A stretch of 64,000 bases of DNA from an uncultured Acidobacteriota bacterium (GCA_963732975.1 CAVTBN010000008.1:7325-71324); one strand, 5' to 3'; shown: positions 29,146 through 42,902, counted from the stretch's first letter. Numbers and translations are program-made. Notes: a model not told the origin generated them from the sequence alone.

Positions 29146-30630
29146 TCAACGCTGGACCTGCAGCGTGTAGGTTCGGCTGGAACCGTCGCTTCCGGTGACC
29201 GCGATCTCGATCCTGTTTTCACCGGGGGATAATTTCACGGTGTGCGTGGCGCCGGACTTCACTTCGGCGCCGTTCACCGTCAACTTCTTGTCATTCGGCC
29301 AGTAGGCGACGGGAGTCACCTCCACCGTGCCGCCCGGTCCGGGCATCTTCACGCTGTAATGGGTCACATAGGATGAAAACCACGGCTTCCACTCGAGCAG
29401 CCTGCCCGCCGGTGTTTTCATTTTCAAGTCATCCAGCGCGGCGCGGGCGGTGTGGAGGTTTTTGGGGTTGTACCAGAGCCCCGCCAGCCCCACATTCACT
29501 TCGCGCAATTCCAGCTTTTCAGGGCCGAACCTTGAGAAGGCTTCACGGCCCTGCAACTGGCCGGTGAGGACTTTTTCCGCCGCGGTGATCATATCTGAAA
29601 CGTACTCCCCGGCCGCAGCCCCGGTCAGCGGCACCTTTTCCTGGTAGGAATGGCCCACCAGCAGGGTGAGGTTATTCAGGCCCTTCAACTTTTCCTGCAG
29701 ATGCTTCAGGCCCTTCAGATACTGGTCGATGGCCGTACAATCGGACTGGAACAGGTAGACCATGCTGCCGGAGCCGACCGCGTCGCCGGTCACGGCAATA
29801 TTGTCTTTGCGATCGAGATAAGCCATGGAGCCGAGGGTGTGCCCCGGCACATGGATCGCCTCAAACTGATGGCCCCCGCCGAGGTCGATGATGTCGCCGT
29901 CCCTGATCCATTTGAATTTTGGCGTGATGAAGCCGGGAGGGAGGCGGGTGGCATCCTCCCCCGACATGTAAACCGTGCTGTCTTTGAATTCGTTGACCTG
30001 GCCGAAGTGGTCATCGTGGCCGTGGGTGATGGCGACGGCGATGGGCAGCGAGGTCAGGGTGCGGAGGTAGGCGGGCAGGTCGCCCTTGCCCATGCCGGTA
30101 TCCAGCAGCAGGGCGCGATCTTTCCCTTCCACCAGGTAGAAGCTTTCGTCTCCGCGAGTGCCGCCGAAATCGAAGACGCGCCAGATGCCGTTGCCGAGCT
30201 TCTGCGATGTGTAGGCCTTCGAAAGGTCCTTGCGGTAGAGCGTCAGGTGATAGCGCGCGAACGGCGCCTGGGGCGTTGACACCGTGATGACAAACCAGTT
30301 GGCGCCTTCCTTAAGGTCCACTTCGCGCGGCTCGCCGGACCGCACCGCGGTTCCGTTGATCTTCAGTTCGCCGCCGGCGTTGGCCGGTGTGGTGGCGGTG
30401 ATGAAGATTTTTGCGCTAAACATCATCTCCACGGTCGCCGTGTAGTCGAACCGCGAGGCGGAAAGCGGTTGGTCGAGCGGAAACCGCACATACTCGAAAG
30501 GGTCCGCATAAGTTCCAATCTCCAGATTCGTCAGAATCCCAGCCGCCTGCGCGTGAAGCCTGGGGCCCGCCGCAATGATCATGAAAAAGAGCGCTGTGAT
30601 GACGCCAGAAATCGCCCTGCGTCCTGCCAT
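29146..30630 (-). CDS. MBL-fold metallo-hydrolase flanked by cadherin-like beta-sandwich domains, secreted
   Basis: 494-aa ORF with a signal peptide and the central HxHxDH motif ITHGHDDHFG. The N- and C-terminal approximately 100-aa modules (LTNLEI...YTATV..., VTVNGAEVKSG...YTLQV) resemble cadherin-like beta-sandwich repeats. Confidence 0.75.
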   Translation of the reverse strand: MAGRRAISGVITALFFMIIAAGPRLHAQAAGILTNLEIGTYADPFEYVRFPLDQPLSASRFDYTATVEMMFSAKIFITATTPANAGGELKINGTAVRSGEPREVDLKEGANWFVITVSTPQAPFARYHLTLYRKDLSKAYTSQKLGNGIWRVFDFGGTRGDESFYLVEGKDRALLLDTGMGKGDLPAYLRTLTSLPIAVAITHGHDDHFGQVNEFKDSTVYMSGEDATRLPPGFITPKFKWIRDGDIIDLGGGHQFEAIHVPGHTLGSMAYLDRKDNIAVTGDAVGSGSMVYLFQSDCTAIDQYLKGLKHLQEKLKGLNNLTLLVGHSYQEKVPLTGAAAGEYVSDMITAAEKVLTGQLQGREAFSRFGPEKLELREVNVGLAGLWYNPKNLHTARAALDDLKMKTPAGRLLEWKPWFSSYVTHYSVKMPGPGGTVEVTPVAYWPNDKKLTVNGAEVKSGATHTVKLSPGENRIEIAVTGSDGSSRTYTLQVQR

Positions 30631-30769
30631 TCAATGTCTCCTCTCGCGAACCCGAACGAGTTTACACCTCCGCCATCCGCAAGGCAATTTGCGCGGCCGG
30701 CGAGTCCGCTCCCCTTGCATGGCCGGCGAATTCGCGAAGCGAGAGATTGTGGCGCGGGCGCTGCCGGGC

Positions 30770-31285
30770 TCAGGTTGCGTTGGCGTCGAGGTCGGATTCG
30801 GAAAGAGGAGGGCCGGAGGCCGCGCTGCCAGCCAGCCCCGCGCGCTGCCGCGCTGAAAACATGGGGCCACGGGCTTCATGCGAGGGAGCAAACTTCAGGA
30901 GGCCCAGCGGCGCGGGCATATCGTTGTAGATGGCCTCCAGGCCGCCGCGCATAAAATAGGTTTCGTGCCAGAATCCCGTCCCGCCGGAATCGCCCAGAAA
31001 ATTCTTCCACCACGCGCGGTGGGGTTCGGAGCGCGCCCAGGCTTCCAGGGATTCAAAGTCGCGCCAGTATTGCCGCATTCCGGTGTGAGGAGGGAACAGG
31101 GAATAAAAAATGTTCTCATGCAGCAGCAGGCCGTCCGGCTGCGCCTCGACGGAGGCTGCAATCTTTGGCCCGAAGCCCAGCAGCGTCTTGATCCCCGTCA
31201 GCGCATTCACGCGCATCCCCAGATAGATGACCACCAGGTCGGGATAACCGCTCAGGTTCACGGTACGCCGGTTTACTTTCGCCAT
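30770..31285 (-). CDS. DUF4188 domain-containing protein
   Basis: Starts at the internal ATG 31285 (RBS GGAGGGAGG). Contains MAKVNRRTVNLSGYPDLVVIYLGMRV...RQYWRDFESLEAWARSEPHRAWWKNF...GFWHETY. Confidence 0.6.
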   Translation of the reverse strand: MAKVNRRTVNLSGYPDLVVIYLGMRVNALTGIKTLLGFGPKIAASVEAQPDGLLLHENIFYSLFPPHTGMRQYWRDFESLEAWARSEPHRAWWKNFLGDSGGTGFWHETYFMRGGLEAIYNDMPAPLGLLKFAPSHEARGPMFSARQRAGLAGSAASGPPLSESDLDANAT

Positions 31286-31345
31286 GATGGATCCTCCCTC
31301 CGCTGAATTTGTCAAGTCGCGCTCCCGGCGCATCACTACGCCCGG

Positions 31346-31385
31346 GGTGTAGCGATACGCCACCCGCGAATGACGGGTGGCGCTT
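31346..31385. repeat. GTAGCG-headed hairpin element
   Basis: tgtagcgatac-GCCACCCG-cgaatga-CGGGTGGC-gcttg has an 8-bp perfect stem and is intergenic between two minus-strand genes. Confidence 0.4.
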
Positions 31386-31413
31386 GTCGGTGTGCCGGCG
31401 CGTCCACCCCATG

Positions 31414-31692
31414 TCAGAAGATGAAGACATAGATGGGCTTGTAGCGGGTAAGGTTTTCGCCGCCGGCACCGCTCATGCCTTTTTCCCTGAAGTGGCCTTG
31501 AATATCTTCCGCTTCACCCAGGGAGTTGGCCTGCCATTCGGACCATCGGTCAATGTCCCCGCCCTGCCTGAGTTCCCAGTCACGCTTGCTCTTTTCGGGT
31601 TCGTGCGTCAGGCCGATTTTCCAGCCTGTGTACATGCCGGAACGGCCCACCCGGAATTCAATGCCGGCAATAATCGTTACTTTGGTTGCCAT
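31414..31692 (-). CDS. hypothetical protein (92 aa)
   Basis: Starts at the internal ATG 31692 with RBS AAGGAG: MATKVTIIAGIEFRVGRSGMYTGWKIGLTHEPEKSKRDW...KPIYVFIF. No family is assigned with confidence. Confidence 0.5.
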   Translation of the reverse strand: MATKVTIIAGIEFRVGRSGMYTGWKIGLTHEPEKSKRDWELRQGGDIDRWSEWQANSLGEAEDIQGHFREKGMSGAGGENLTRYKPIYVFIF

Positions 31693-31972
31693 CAGGCGCT
31701 TCTCCTTGTTAACCATCGGGCGCATCCTGTGCTGAACGTCCGGGCACGGGTAGGCCCCGAAAGAGGTCTCAACTGGTATAGCGCAAAAAACCCGAATTGA
31801 AAATTGCAATCTCGTTATTGGCTATTTGTGGATGGCAATCGGCAGGAAGCGCGCTGAATTGCAAAGTATTCATTATGAAAAACGCGGCGATGGCAGCTCT
31901 GGACTTATGACTGACAGGTTATCGCTAAAAGCCCACGGCACATGAGCGGTCCCGTGCCTGCCTGCTACGGCC

Positions 31973-33323
31973 TCAGAGCGGCTGTTTGAAAGCGGTCCAA
32001 TAGGCTTCGATTTCCTCCAGCCGCTTATTCCTTGTTTCCGGCACGAAGCGCCAGGTGAAGGCCGCCTGCGCCAGCGACATGAGCATGAGAAAGGTGAATG
32101 TGAACCCCTTGCCCAGCACGTGAAAGGCATAAGGGAAAAGCAGCACCACGATGGCGTTGGCCACCCATTGAATCAGCACCGGGACGGTCATGGCGATTCC
32201 GCGGACATCATTCGGGAAAGATCTCCGGCACCAGCGTCCAGAACACCGGCCCGATGCAGGCGGAAAAGAAAGCCAGGTACGCCAGGATGAGTGCGAGAAC
32301 AATGGGCCCCTGAAAGCGGCCCTCGATCACCGTCACGAACAAACCCAGGAGAGAGAGCGCCATGCCGATCGACCCGGTGATGTAGAGCGGCTTGCGGCCG
32401 TAGCGGTCAATGGCCCAGAGCGAGACCAGGGTGAACAAAAACTCCGTTACCCCCACCACAAATGTTGAGGCCAATGCAGCATTGATCTTCCAGCCGGCGG
32501 ACTGAAAAATGGCCGGCGCATAATCGATGATGGTGTTGATGCCTGAGACCTGGACCAGAATCGCCAGGCCGGCGCTGGCCACCAGGGCCCGGCGGACCCC
32601 GGGCCTTAGGAGTCCCCGCCAGGATTGCGATCGGTTGCGCAGGGTCGCTGTAATCTCATGGAGCTCCCGCTGAGCGGTTTCCCGGTCGGTGATGCGTTGC
32701 AGCACCTCGAGGGCTTGCTGCGGTTTGCCCGCCATGGCCAGGTAGCGGGGAGTTTCCGGAGCCAGCGCGACGAACAGCAGGAACACCGCGGAAGGCACAA
32801 CTCCGGTGAGGAACATCCAGCGCCAGTTGTTGACACCAGCGTCGCGCAGAAGGTAGTTGATGCCGTAGGAGACGATGATACCCGTGACGATGGACATCTG
32901 GTACAAGGTTCCCAGCCGACCGCGGATGGAAGGTGGAGCGACTTCCGCCACGTACATGGGGGAGATGAGGGAAACCCCGCCCACCGCCAGGCCGCCGATA
33001 AATCGGGCCGCGACAAAACCGTTAAAGCTGCCCGCCAGCCCCGCCGCCACCGATGTGGAAGCAAACAGCAGGGCAACGAAAATCAGCAGCCGCCTGCGGC
33101 CGTAGCGGTCCGCGAGTTTGCCGGCGAATGCGGACCCGAGGACACACCCGAACAACAGCGAACTGAACGCCCAGCCGAGGCCGAGGTCGCCTAAATGAAA
33201 TGCCTGGGTAATGAAGGGGCCGGCGCCCGTGATGATGGCGATATCGAATCCAAAAAGCAGGCCACCCATCGCCGCCGTAGCGGCCAGGAAAACCACATAG
33301 CGGAGGTTGATGGATTCATCCAC
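31973..33323 (-). pseudogene. MFS sugar porter family transporter; single-base frameshift near 32217-32222
   Basis: ORF 32208..33323 carries GFDIAIITGA, GKLADRYGRRR, PETPRYL and so on, and ends ...GPVFWTLVPEIFPE-stop. The next frame continues NDVRGIAMTVPVLIQWVAN...FVPETRNKRLEEIE (ORF 31973..32302). Deleting one g in cccgaatgat restores EIFPNDVRG. Confidence 0.8.
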
Positions 33324-33412
33324 GAAAGCACACTCCCCGGAAATTATCTTTACCGGAATTTCCCTATCGGGCGGGTGAGGGGGATTTTACGCCGCCGTCG
33401 GAACCCGGCCGT

Positions 33413-33434
33413 GGCGAGGTAAACTCGCCGCTAC
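33413..33434. repeat. REP-like 22-mer GGCGAGGTAAACTCGCCGCTAC (inverted copy of 53109-53130)
   Basis: 21 of 22 positions match the reverse complement of GTAGCGGCGAGTTTATCTCGCC at 53109-53130. It forms the hairpin ggcgag/ctcgcc. Confidence 0.5.
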
Positions 33435-33505
33435 GCGAGAACGAACCCTCGGCAACAAAACAATTGGCCATGGCCGCCGGCTTTAAGGAGCAAAAGCGCT
33501 GCCAT

Positions 33506-34333
33506 TCAATAAGGCGCCTGGCGAGCCTCAAAACTCATCGGGTTGAAGTCGTAGAGAACTTTTGCGGAAGCCGGGCCGGGAGGATTGATGGCGGCGCGGG
33601 ACAAAATGCCCTTTTCCGCCCAAACCACCGCACGGCCGTCGCGCTCCGCCCACTCCCACCTGGGAACTGCAAGCAGCGCTTTGCGTTTGTGGTGCTCCAA
33701 TTCGTGTTCATCCCAGTACACCGCGGTGCCTTCAGGATGCCTGATGTCAGCGTAGGCATATTTGCGCAGAATCCAACCATGGGGCAACGGCTTCGTAAAG
33801 ACGGTACAGGGCGCCACGCGGCCGGGTCCCGCCTTCATCTCGAGTGTCCAGCCGTCGCGCAGCAGGCGGCGGTAATAGACGCTGGGGCATTCGGCGCCGA
33901 AAGACCCCTCGGGCTGGTATTGATCATCTTCAGCGACTTCAGGGCTTTCTCTCACCACAAAATGGCATCCATTCAACCAGAACGTGCGGTTGGAGGTAAA
34001 CAATCCTCCGCCCTGCCAACAGTCGCCTTTGCCATAAAGGGTGATGGCGTGAAGCCACGGGGCGCGCGAAACCGCCGTCCAGGTGCCTTTGGTCTCCTGG
34101 TGGCGACGTCCGCCCCGGGCGAAATAAATCAGGTGGCGGCCGTCCGGTGAGAGGTCTGCGCGACGCTCATAAATGCGCCCCCGAAACCACTGGCCGACCT
34201 CAAATCGGTCGGTGTCGCGATTCCATCCCAGGGTGCAGACAGCGTTCGCCGGGCCGCGCCGGAACACCACGCCCAGCGGTGCCTGGGAGGCAAGGAGCAC
34301 GTGTAGCCGCGCTGGAAATTTATGATCCGCCAT
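33506..34333 (-). CDS. hypothetical protein
   Basis: Long ORF with coding-like composition. The probable start is ATG 34333 (MADHKFPARLHVLL...), because the upstream GTG at 34372 lies inside the repeat element. No family is recognised. Confidence 0.55.
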   Translation of the reverse strand: MADHKFPARLHVLLASQAPLGVVFRRGPANAVCTLGWNRDTDRFEVGQWFRGRIYERRADLSPDGRHLIYFARGGRRHQETKGTWTAVSRAPWLHAITLYGKGDCWQGGGLFTSNRTFWLNGCHFVVRESPEVAEDDQYQPEGSFGAECPSVYYRRLLRDGWTLEMKAGPGRVAPCTVFTKPLPHGWILRKYAYADIRHPEGTAVYWDEHELEHHKRKALLAVPRWEWAERDGRAVVWAEKGILSRAAINPPGPASAKVLYDFNPMSFEARQAPY

Positions 34334-34359
34334 CGCCGACCAGCTCGAAATCAAGACGA

Positions 34360-34440
34360 CAACATACAACACAAATTATGAATTATGAAGTATGAAAACA
34401 ACCCTGGTGCCGAGTGATGAGTGACGGGTGACGAGAAAAG
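34360..34440. repeat. head-plus-heptad element, copy 2 (CAACATACAACAC + TTATGAA/TTATGAA/GTATGAA ... GAGTGAT/GAGTGAC/GGGTGAC)
   Basis: Read directly. It shares the 12-mer CAACATACAACA with 29008-29019, has heptads at 34376-34396 and 34412-34439, and has the same orientation and layout as copy 1. Confidence 0.55.
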
Positions 34441-34470
34441 TCGACTGCAAATTACAGGTTACGAAAACAC

Positions 34471-34968
34471 TCAGGATTTGCGTGACGCGGGGCCGGGAAG
34501 CGGAGTGAGGTCCGGAGGGACGAACCCGGTACGGGCGGCGGGAGAGGCGAGGAGTTGGGAAGAATAGAACCGGTCGAGCGCGCGCGCGTCCAGCAACTCA
34601 GGGTGGGCGGCGGCAAAGGCGGCGAAGCTGTTGGCTGCGTGACCGGTTGGTGAATCAACCGACAATGTATCGGGGCCTGCTTCAGATGAGAGCGTGCGTT
34701 CGCCGGCGGCCTGGCTGTCGTGCTCAAGAGCGCCCGCGACCAGTAGCATCCACGCCTGGGTGATGGTTTCGTGATACTTCTGGTGTGCGCCCTTAACAGC
34801 CGCAAAGTGCCGGAGCGATTCCACGATGCGTTCGGAAGCCTGAGGGAAGGGTAGCCGCCGCAGATAGATCCACGCCGCCCGAATGTGGTCGGAGTGGTGG
34901 AAATCGGCGAGCGTGGCCGTTTCAAACGCAGCAAGGAATTCTCCGTCGGAAAGCTGTGAGTTTTTCAT
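34471..34968 (-). CDS. hypothetical protein
   Basis: ATG 34968 is preceded by GAGGAG: MKNSQLSDGEFLAAFETATLADFHHSDHIRAAWIYL...YHETITQAWM. It looks like a conserved helical protein of unknown family. Confidence 0.55.
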   Translation of the reverse strand: MKNSQLSDGEFLAAFETATLADFHHSDHIRAAWIYLRRLPFPQASERIVESLRHFAAVKGAHQKYHETITQAWMLLVAGALEHDSQAAGERTLSSEAGPDTLSVDSPTGHAANSFAAFAAAHPELLDARALDRFYSSQLLASPAARTGFVPPDLTPLPGPASRKS

Positions 34969-34995
34969 GGTCTCCTCGGAAATTGCCAAACCATT

Positions 34996-35029
34996 TGTAG
35001 CGCAGGCCCTTGTGGCCTGCGGTTCTTAG
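34996..35029. repeat. REP-like hairpin TGTAGCGCAG-gcc-cttgt-ggc-CTGCGGTTCTTA
   Basis: It shares both flanks (TGTAGCGCAG and CTGCGGYTCTTA) with the element at 62635-62671. The stem is gcgcaggcc/ggcctgcg. Confidence 0.5.
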
Positions 35030-35085
35030 GTTTTGTTCCCAGCGAAGAGCCGCCGGCCATAAAGGCCCGCAACACGATGCCCCCC

Positions 35086-35123
35086 ACAAACAAAAACGCC
35101 CCAGCACGGGGCTGAGGCGTTTT
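35086..35123 (-). terminator. rho-independent terminator of the 23S-5S unit
   Basis: The minus-strand RNA reads ...GCCCC-gugcu-GGGGC-GUUUUUGUUUG, starting about 25 nt downstream of the 5S 3' end. Confidence 0.65.
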
Positions 35124-35134
35124 GTCAATTTAAT

Positions 35135-35250
35135 CCCGGCGACGACCTACTCTCCCACGCAGTCACCCGCGCAGTACCATGGGCCCTGGAGGGCTTAACT
35201 ACCGTGTTCGGGATGGGAACGGGTGTGACCCCTCCGGTAAAATCGCCGGA
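35135..35250 (-). rRNA. rrf: 5S ribosomal RNA
   Basis: The reverse complement reads TCCGGCGATT...CCCGTTCCCATCCCGAACACGGTAGTTAAGCCC...GGGAGAGTAGGTCGTCGCCGGG, the canonical 5S core. End positions are good to a few nt. Confidence 0.93.
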
Positions 35251-35473
35251 AAATCGTTAAAGGCAGGTGGCATGTGGCAGATCGCATATGGGGAAGCCCC
35301 ACATACTCTATGCCATCTGCCACCTTCTGCCTTTCTGAATAGTGCGACGTCAAATGCTCAAAGCGAAGGCGCGAATTGCGAGTCGCGAATAGGGTTTTAT
35401 CAAATCTCCCTACTCACTATTCGCCACTCTCTACTCTCCGGCGGCAGTGCCACCGTATGCTGAGCAGAATTTA

Positions 35474-38601
<3,128 letters not shown>

Positions 38602-39470
38602 ATAAAATCTGCTCAACACACAAACAGTTTTCAGCCTTCAGCTTTCAGTTGTCGGCTTCAAGCCCTTTTCGGAGCCCTTGCTGACCGCTGACGGCTGATT
38701 GCCGATCGCTGCCATTGAACAGATTCGCCTTCGCTTCTTTGCTCTGTCCGGATATCCGCCGGACAGTTGAGCACATGTAGACGTCGCACTATTCAGTTTT
38801 CAAAGATCGCTGAGTATCAGGCACCCGCATAAATGCCTTGCCTGACCTCTTCCAGACTAAGTTCCGGGCTTTCGCCCGGTTTTCTCAGATGCTGGGTTTC
38901 GCTCTTCACCTGGAAAAGCCGAACTCAGCACCCTCATTTTTGGGACATAAAAACCCTGCCGTCCGTTTTAGAAAAGACGGCTTTGTTGCTTAACGACCGG
39001 CTCTTTAATGTTGGGGAATTTGAAACAGGCGGGAAGTTTATGTTGCGTGGGCCCGGCGTGCCTCAAATCCCTACCCGAAAGCCTTCTTCGTATCGACCTC
39101 CGTTTGTTTAACCCGCAATGATGAGGAAGCTGCTTATTGCTACCACCTTCATTCTGGCAATTAGTAATCCTACCGAAGTTCACCCGGGAAGGCAAGCGGT
39201 ATTTTTCACCGCTATAACTTTTTCTTCTGGGACAGTTTCACCTTCCCGCTTTCTCTTCGTCTATATCAATTATACCACTGCGCCCGCATTGCAACACCCC
39301 AGTTTGCCGCGATTCTCCACCTTGCAAACAATCCGTCCTGCGCCCTTGAATTCCAGCTTCACCCTGGCGGAGAATGGTGCCGCACAACCACACTGGACCA
39401 AGGCGAACCCGCGACGCCGGAAATTGCCTCGCGGGTGTCGCAATCAAAAACTGCCGGGGGGCAAAATCTT

Positions 39471-40895
39471 ATGCCACAGGAAATCGAGCACGTCATCGTT
39501 CTTATGATGGAGAACCGGTCGTTTGATCACATGCTCGGATGGCTGCAGGAGCCGGGCTACGACATTGGCGGGCTGACGGGAGGCGAGTGGAACCCTGTTG
39601 ATCCCAGCGAGCCCGCCGGGCCCAATAACAAAGTTGTTGTCACCCGCAAAGCCCAGGACGTGACGCCGCACGATCCCGGCCACGAGTTCCATGACGTCAA
39701 CCTCCAGCTTTTCAGCAACCCCGGGGGACCTCCGCCGCCGAAGGATGTTGAAGGAAACAAAGGGTTCGTCTTCAACTACGCGCAGCAGGATGACGTCACC
39801 CGCGCCACGGCGCCCACCATCATGGACTGCTTCGATCCCGGTAGCCTGCCGGTGCTCACCACGCTGGCCAAAGAATTTGCCGTCTGCAAGCGCTGGTTTT
39901 CCTCCGTGCCCGGCCCCACGTGGCCCAATCGCTTTTTTGCCCATGCCGCAACTTCCAAGGGCTATCTGGACAACAGCCAGTTTCACAACTACGACATGCG
40001 TTCCATCTTTGAAAACCTGTCGGCGGCGGGCAGGACATGGACGAACTACTATCACGAAATTTCGCAGACCTGGGAATTGCAGCGCCTGGATACCGACTCC
40101 CTGCAAAACAATTTCAAAGGCTATGGCGAGTTCCGGAAAGATGCGAAGCAAGGAACGCTGCCGAACTATTCGTTCATCGAGCCGAAATATTACGGGTGGT
40201 TTGGCGGAGCGAATGACCAGCACCCGCCGCACAGTGTCAAGGCCGGCGAGGCGCTGATCGCAGACGTTTACCACTTCGTGCGGACTTCACCCTTGTGGGA
40301 AAAGTCACTGGTGCTGGTTGTTTACGACGAGCACGGCGGATTCTACGATCACCTCACGCCCGCGGAAGCGACACCGCCTGACCAGTATCAATCTCAATTC
40401 CAGTTCAACCGTTATGGAGTGCGGGTTCCGGCCGTCCTGATCTCTCCTTACATCCGTAAAGGAACGATCATCGGCGAAACGTTTGATCACACGTCCATTC
40501 CCGCCACGCTGAAGGATCTGTTCAAGCTCGATTCATTCCTGACCAAAAGGGACGCGAAGGCGCAGACGTTTTCCGGCGTCCCTGATCTCGCGAGTCCGCG
40601 AACGGGCACGCCTGAGGATGTTTCAACCGCTGTCCACAGCAGAATTATCGAGGAGGGTCTCCAAGAGCCCGGAGCTGAAGAAATTTCAGCGTTGGCAAAG
40701 ACAGGCGGTGCATCCTCCGCGCCACTCAACGGACTGCAGCGGCACTTGATTGGCCTGGCCAATCAGCTCCCGACAGGCGAGGATCCGGAACTCCGCGCGC
40801 ACCGGAACGGCCGCGCATTGCGCACCGAGCTCGACGGGGCCTTACACGTGCGGGAAAGCGTGGCAAGATTTCTCCGCCACCTGCGGCGCCTGTGA
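39471..40895 (+). CDS. phosphoesterase family protein (non-hemolytic phospholipase C / AcpA-like)
   Basis: Starts MPQEIEHVIVLMMENRSFDHMLG and contains ...PTWPNRFF...VVYDEHGGFYDH...GVRVPAVLISPY, matching the PF04185 phosphoesterase family. The tracked ORF starts at GTG 39435; ATG 39471 is preferred. Confidence 0.8.
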   Translation: MPQEIEHVIVLMMENRSFDHMLGWLQEPGYDIGGLTGGEWNPVDPSEPAGPNNKVVVTRKAQDVTPHDPGHEFHDVNLQLFSNPGGPPPPKDVEGNKGFVFNYAQQDDVTRATAPTIMDCFDPGSLPVLTTLAKEFAVCKRWFSSVPGPTWPNRFFAHAATSKGYLDNSQFHNYDMRSIFENLSAAGRTWTNYYHEISQTWELQRLDTDSLQNNFKGYGEFRKDAKQGTLPNYSFIEPKYYGWFGGANDQHPPHSVKAGEALIADVYHFVRTSPLWEKSLVLVVYDEHGGFYDHLTPAEATPPDQYQSQFQFNRYGVRVPAVLISPYIRKGTIIGETFDHTSIPATLKDLFKLDSFLTKRDAKAQTFSGVPDLASPRTGTPEDVSTAVHSRIIEEGLQEPGAEEISALAKTGGASSAPLNGLQRHLIGLANQLPTGEDPELRAHRNGRALRTELDGALHVRESVARFLRHLRRL

Positions 40896-40926
40896 CCTCT
40901 CTTCTGCCAGGCATAGCCGCAGCCTT

Positions 40927-41574
40927 CTACTTGCGGCGAAAGATGGCGGCGTAGATCGCGCCGGAGAGCACACCAATGGTCATCGTATAGACAATCCACA
41001 TGACCAGTTGCGGAGCGATTGCCAGGTAGAGATACTTCGTCCAGAAGGGAAGCTGCGCGGTACCGGGCAGCACGGCGTCATAGTGCGTGCCCCAATGGCC
41101 CAGCATGGCAAAAAACATCACGATGACTACGGGGGCGCGCGCAAGGTAGGCGTAAGCGATCAGAGTTTGGGCCAGTTCCCGCCAGGGAAAATACTGCAGC
41201 GCGGCGGCGCCCACGATCAGCGCCAGCCCCACCGCCACGTGTCCGGTGAAGTGGACGGCGGGAGTGAAGGCCACCATGGCGCCGCAGGCTAGGACCACGA
41301 AGCCGACAATCGCGAAGATTATCGTCTTGCTGAAGCTCGATGGCTTCATGTTCCGGTCAAACAGTTTGACGGCGAAATACGGGCCGAAAATGAACGGCAG
41401 CCAGGTGATGCCGATGATCGCGGCGCCGCCGCCTTCGGCCCGGCTGAACAGAATGCCTGGCCCGTGCAGGAGCTCGCCGAAGAGTCTCAGCAGGGTGATC
41501 AAAAGCGTGATAATCGCCGGATACATGATGAGCCGGGGGATGGTCGCTTTCGTTGGAGAAGTCGTCTTGCCCAT
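40927..41574 (-). CDS. hypothetical membrane protein (six TM helices)
   Basis: Starts at the internal ATG 41574 with RBS AAGGAGG: MGKTTSPTKATIPRLIMYPAIITLLITLL..., hydrophobic throughout. Confidence 0.6.
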   Translation of the reverse strand: MGKTTSPTKATIPRLIMYPAIITLLITLLRLFGELLHGPGILFSRAEGGGAAIIGITWLPFIFGPYFAVKLFDRNMKPSSFSKTIIFAIVGFVVLACGAMVAFTPAVHFTGHVAVGLALIVGAAALQYFPWRELAQTLIAYAYLARAPVVIVMFFAMLGHWGTHYDAVLPGTAQLPFWTKYLYLAIAPQLVMWIVYTMTIGVLSGAIYAAIFRRK

Positions 41575-41774
41575 GGGGAGCCTCCTTTTGCCTGGATTCA
41601 ACAACAAAGACGTGCGGAAACGATTATCTGAACGGAACCAGGCCAGAAACCGATAGCGGGATTCTACTCGTCTTCCCGGCCTGCTGCCAGTGGAATCTGA
41701 TATGTAAGCAGATTGTAATCTGTAAAACGGACCACCCAAAATGAGTTATTGTTGTGCCAGCGGAGGAGAAACCA

Positions 41775-42884
41775 ATGCGAAAGATCCTGTTTCTTGTTTT
41801 TGCCATGATGCTGCTGGCGCCCGCGGGCGCCATGGCCCAGACCCCGTCGGGCCAAGTTCGGTTTGCGATTGTGGGCCTTGACCACGACCACGTCTGGGGA
41901 ATCTTGAAGGACATCGCCGAGGTTCCGCAGGCCAGGCTGGTGGCCATTGCGGAGCCGCGGCCGGCCCTGGTGCAAAAGGCCAGGTCGCGCGTGCCGGCGG
42001 GCGTGAAGTTTTACTCCGACTACGTCACCATGCTCGACGAGGTCAAGCCCCAGGCCGTCATCATCACCACGGAAACGGACCATCATCTGGCCATTGTGCG
42101 CGCCTGCGCCAGACGCCACATCGACGTGGAGATGGAAAAGCCCATGGCCACCACCGCGGCCGACGCAGGCGAAATGGAGAAACTGGCCACCGCCGCGCAC
42201 ATCAAGCTGATGGTGAACTATTTCAACAACTGGCTGCCCTCCTACCAGCAGCTCTACCAGCAGGTGAAGGATGGGAAAGTCGGGCCCATTCACCAGATAG
42301 TTTCGCAGTACGGGCACCAGGGGCCGCGTGAGATTGGAACCTCAAAAGAGTTTGCGGCATGGCTTTACGATCCAGTGAAGAACGGCGGCGGCGCCCTGAT
42401 GGATTTCGGTTGCTACGGCGCGGCGCTGGCCTTGTGGCTGAAGGGAAGGCCGGACAGCGTGTTCGCCCGCTCGCTGAAGCTGAAGGTCGGGCAGCATAAC
42501 AAGGTGGAAGACGATCTCGTGATCGTGCTGGAGTATGCCGACGGCACGGCCGTGCTTCAACCTTCATGGGACTGGCCTTTTACCATGGAACGCATCCAGG
42601 TGTTCGGTCCGCACGGCAGCCTGCTGGCCCTGCCGGACGCTTTGCTCTTCCGCGGCTACAATAAGCGGGCTTCCGCGCAGTTTCCCGATGGCCAGCCGGA
42701 AGCGCTTTCGCCGTTGCCTGAGGACGAATCAAATCCCATCGCTTTCCTGGTGGAGGCGATTCAGCAGGACCGCCCCATCACGGGGCTGCTTTCAGGGCGC
42801 CTGAACGTGCAGGTGAATGAGATTCTCGATGCGGCGAGGGAATCGATTCGCATGGGCAGGCCTGTGGCCATGCCGAAGAAATAA
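41775..42884 (+). CDS. Gfo/Idh/MocA family oxidoreductase, secreted
   Basis: ATG 41775 follows GGAGGAG and opens a signal peptide MRKILFLVFAMMLLAPAGAMAQ. The Rossmann N-terminus reads VRFAIVGLDHDH and is followed by ...EKPMATT. Confidence 0.8.
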   Translation: MRKILFLVFAMMLLAPAGAMAQTPSGQVRFAIVGLDHDHVWGILKDIAEVPQARLVAIAEPRPALVQKARSRVPAGVKFYSDYVTMLDEVKPQAVIITTETDHHLAIVRACARRHIDVEMEKPMATTAADAGEMEKLATAAHIKLMVNYFNNWLPSYQQLYQQVKDGKVGPIHQIVSQYGHQGPREIGTSKEFAAWLYDPVKNGGGALMDFGCYGAALALWLKGRPDSVFARSLKLKVGQHNKVEDDLVIVLEYADGTAVLQPSWDWPFTMERIQVFGPHGSLLALPDALLFRGYNKRASAQFPDGQPEALSPLPEDESNPIAFLVEAIQQDRPITGLLSGRLNVQVNEILDAARESIRMGRPVAMPKK

Positions 42885-42902
42885 CCGGGCGGCCGGCCGG
42901 GC

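Noticed and set aside
39118-39507. 129-aa plus-strand ORF with a signal-peptide-like start (MMRKLLIATTFILAIS) between the 23S leader and the phosphoesterase gene.
   Set aside because: After the first 20 residues the sequence is low-complexity (P/S/T/R-rich). The region is AT-richer promoter or leader DNA, and the ORF overlaps the phosphoesterase start. It is more likely non-coding.
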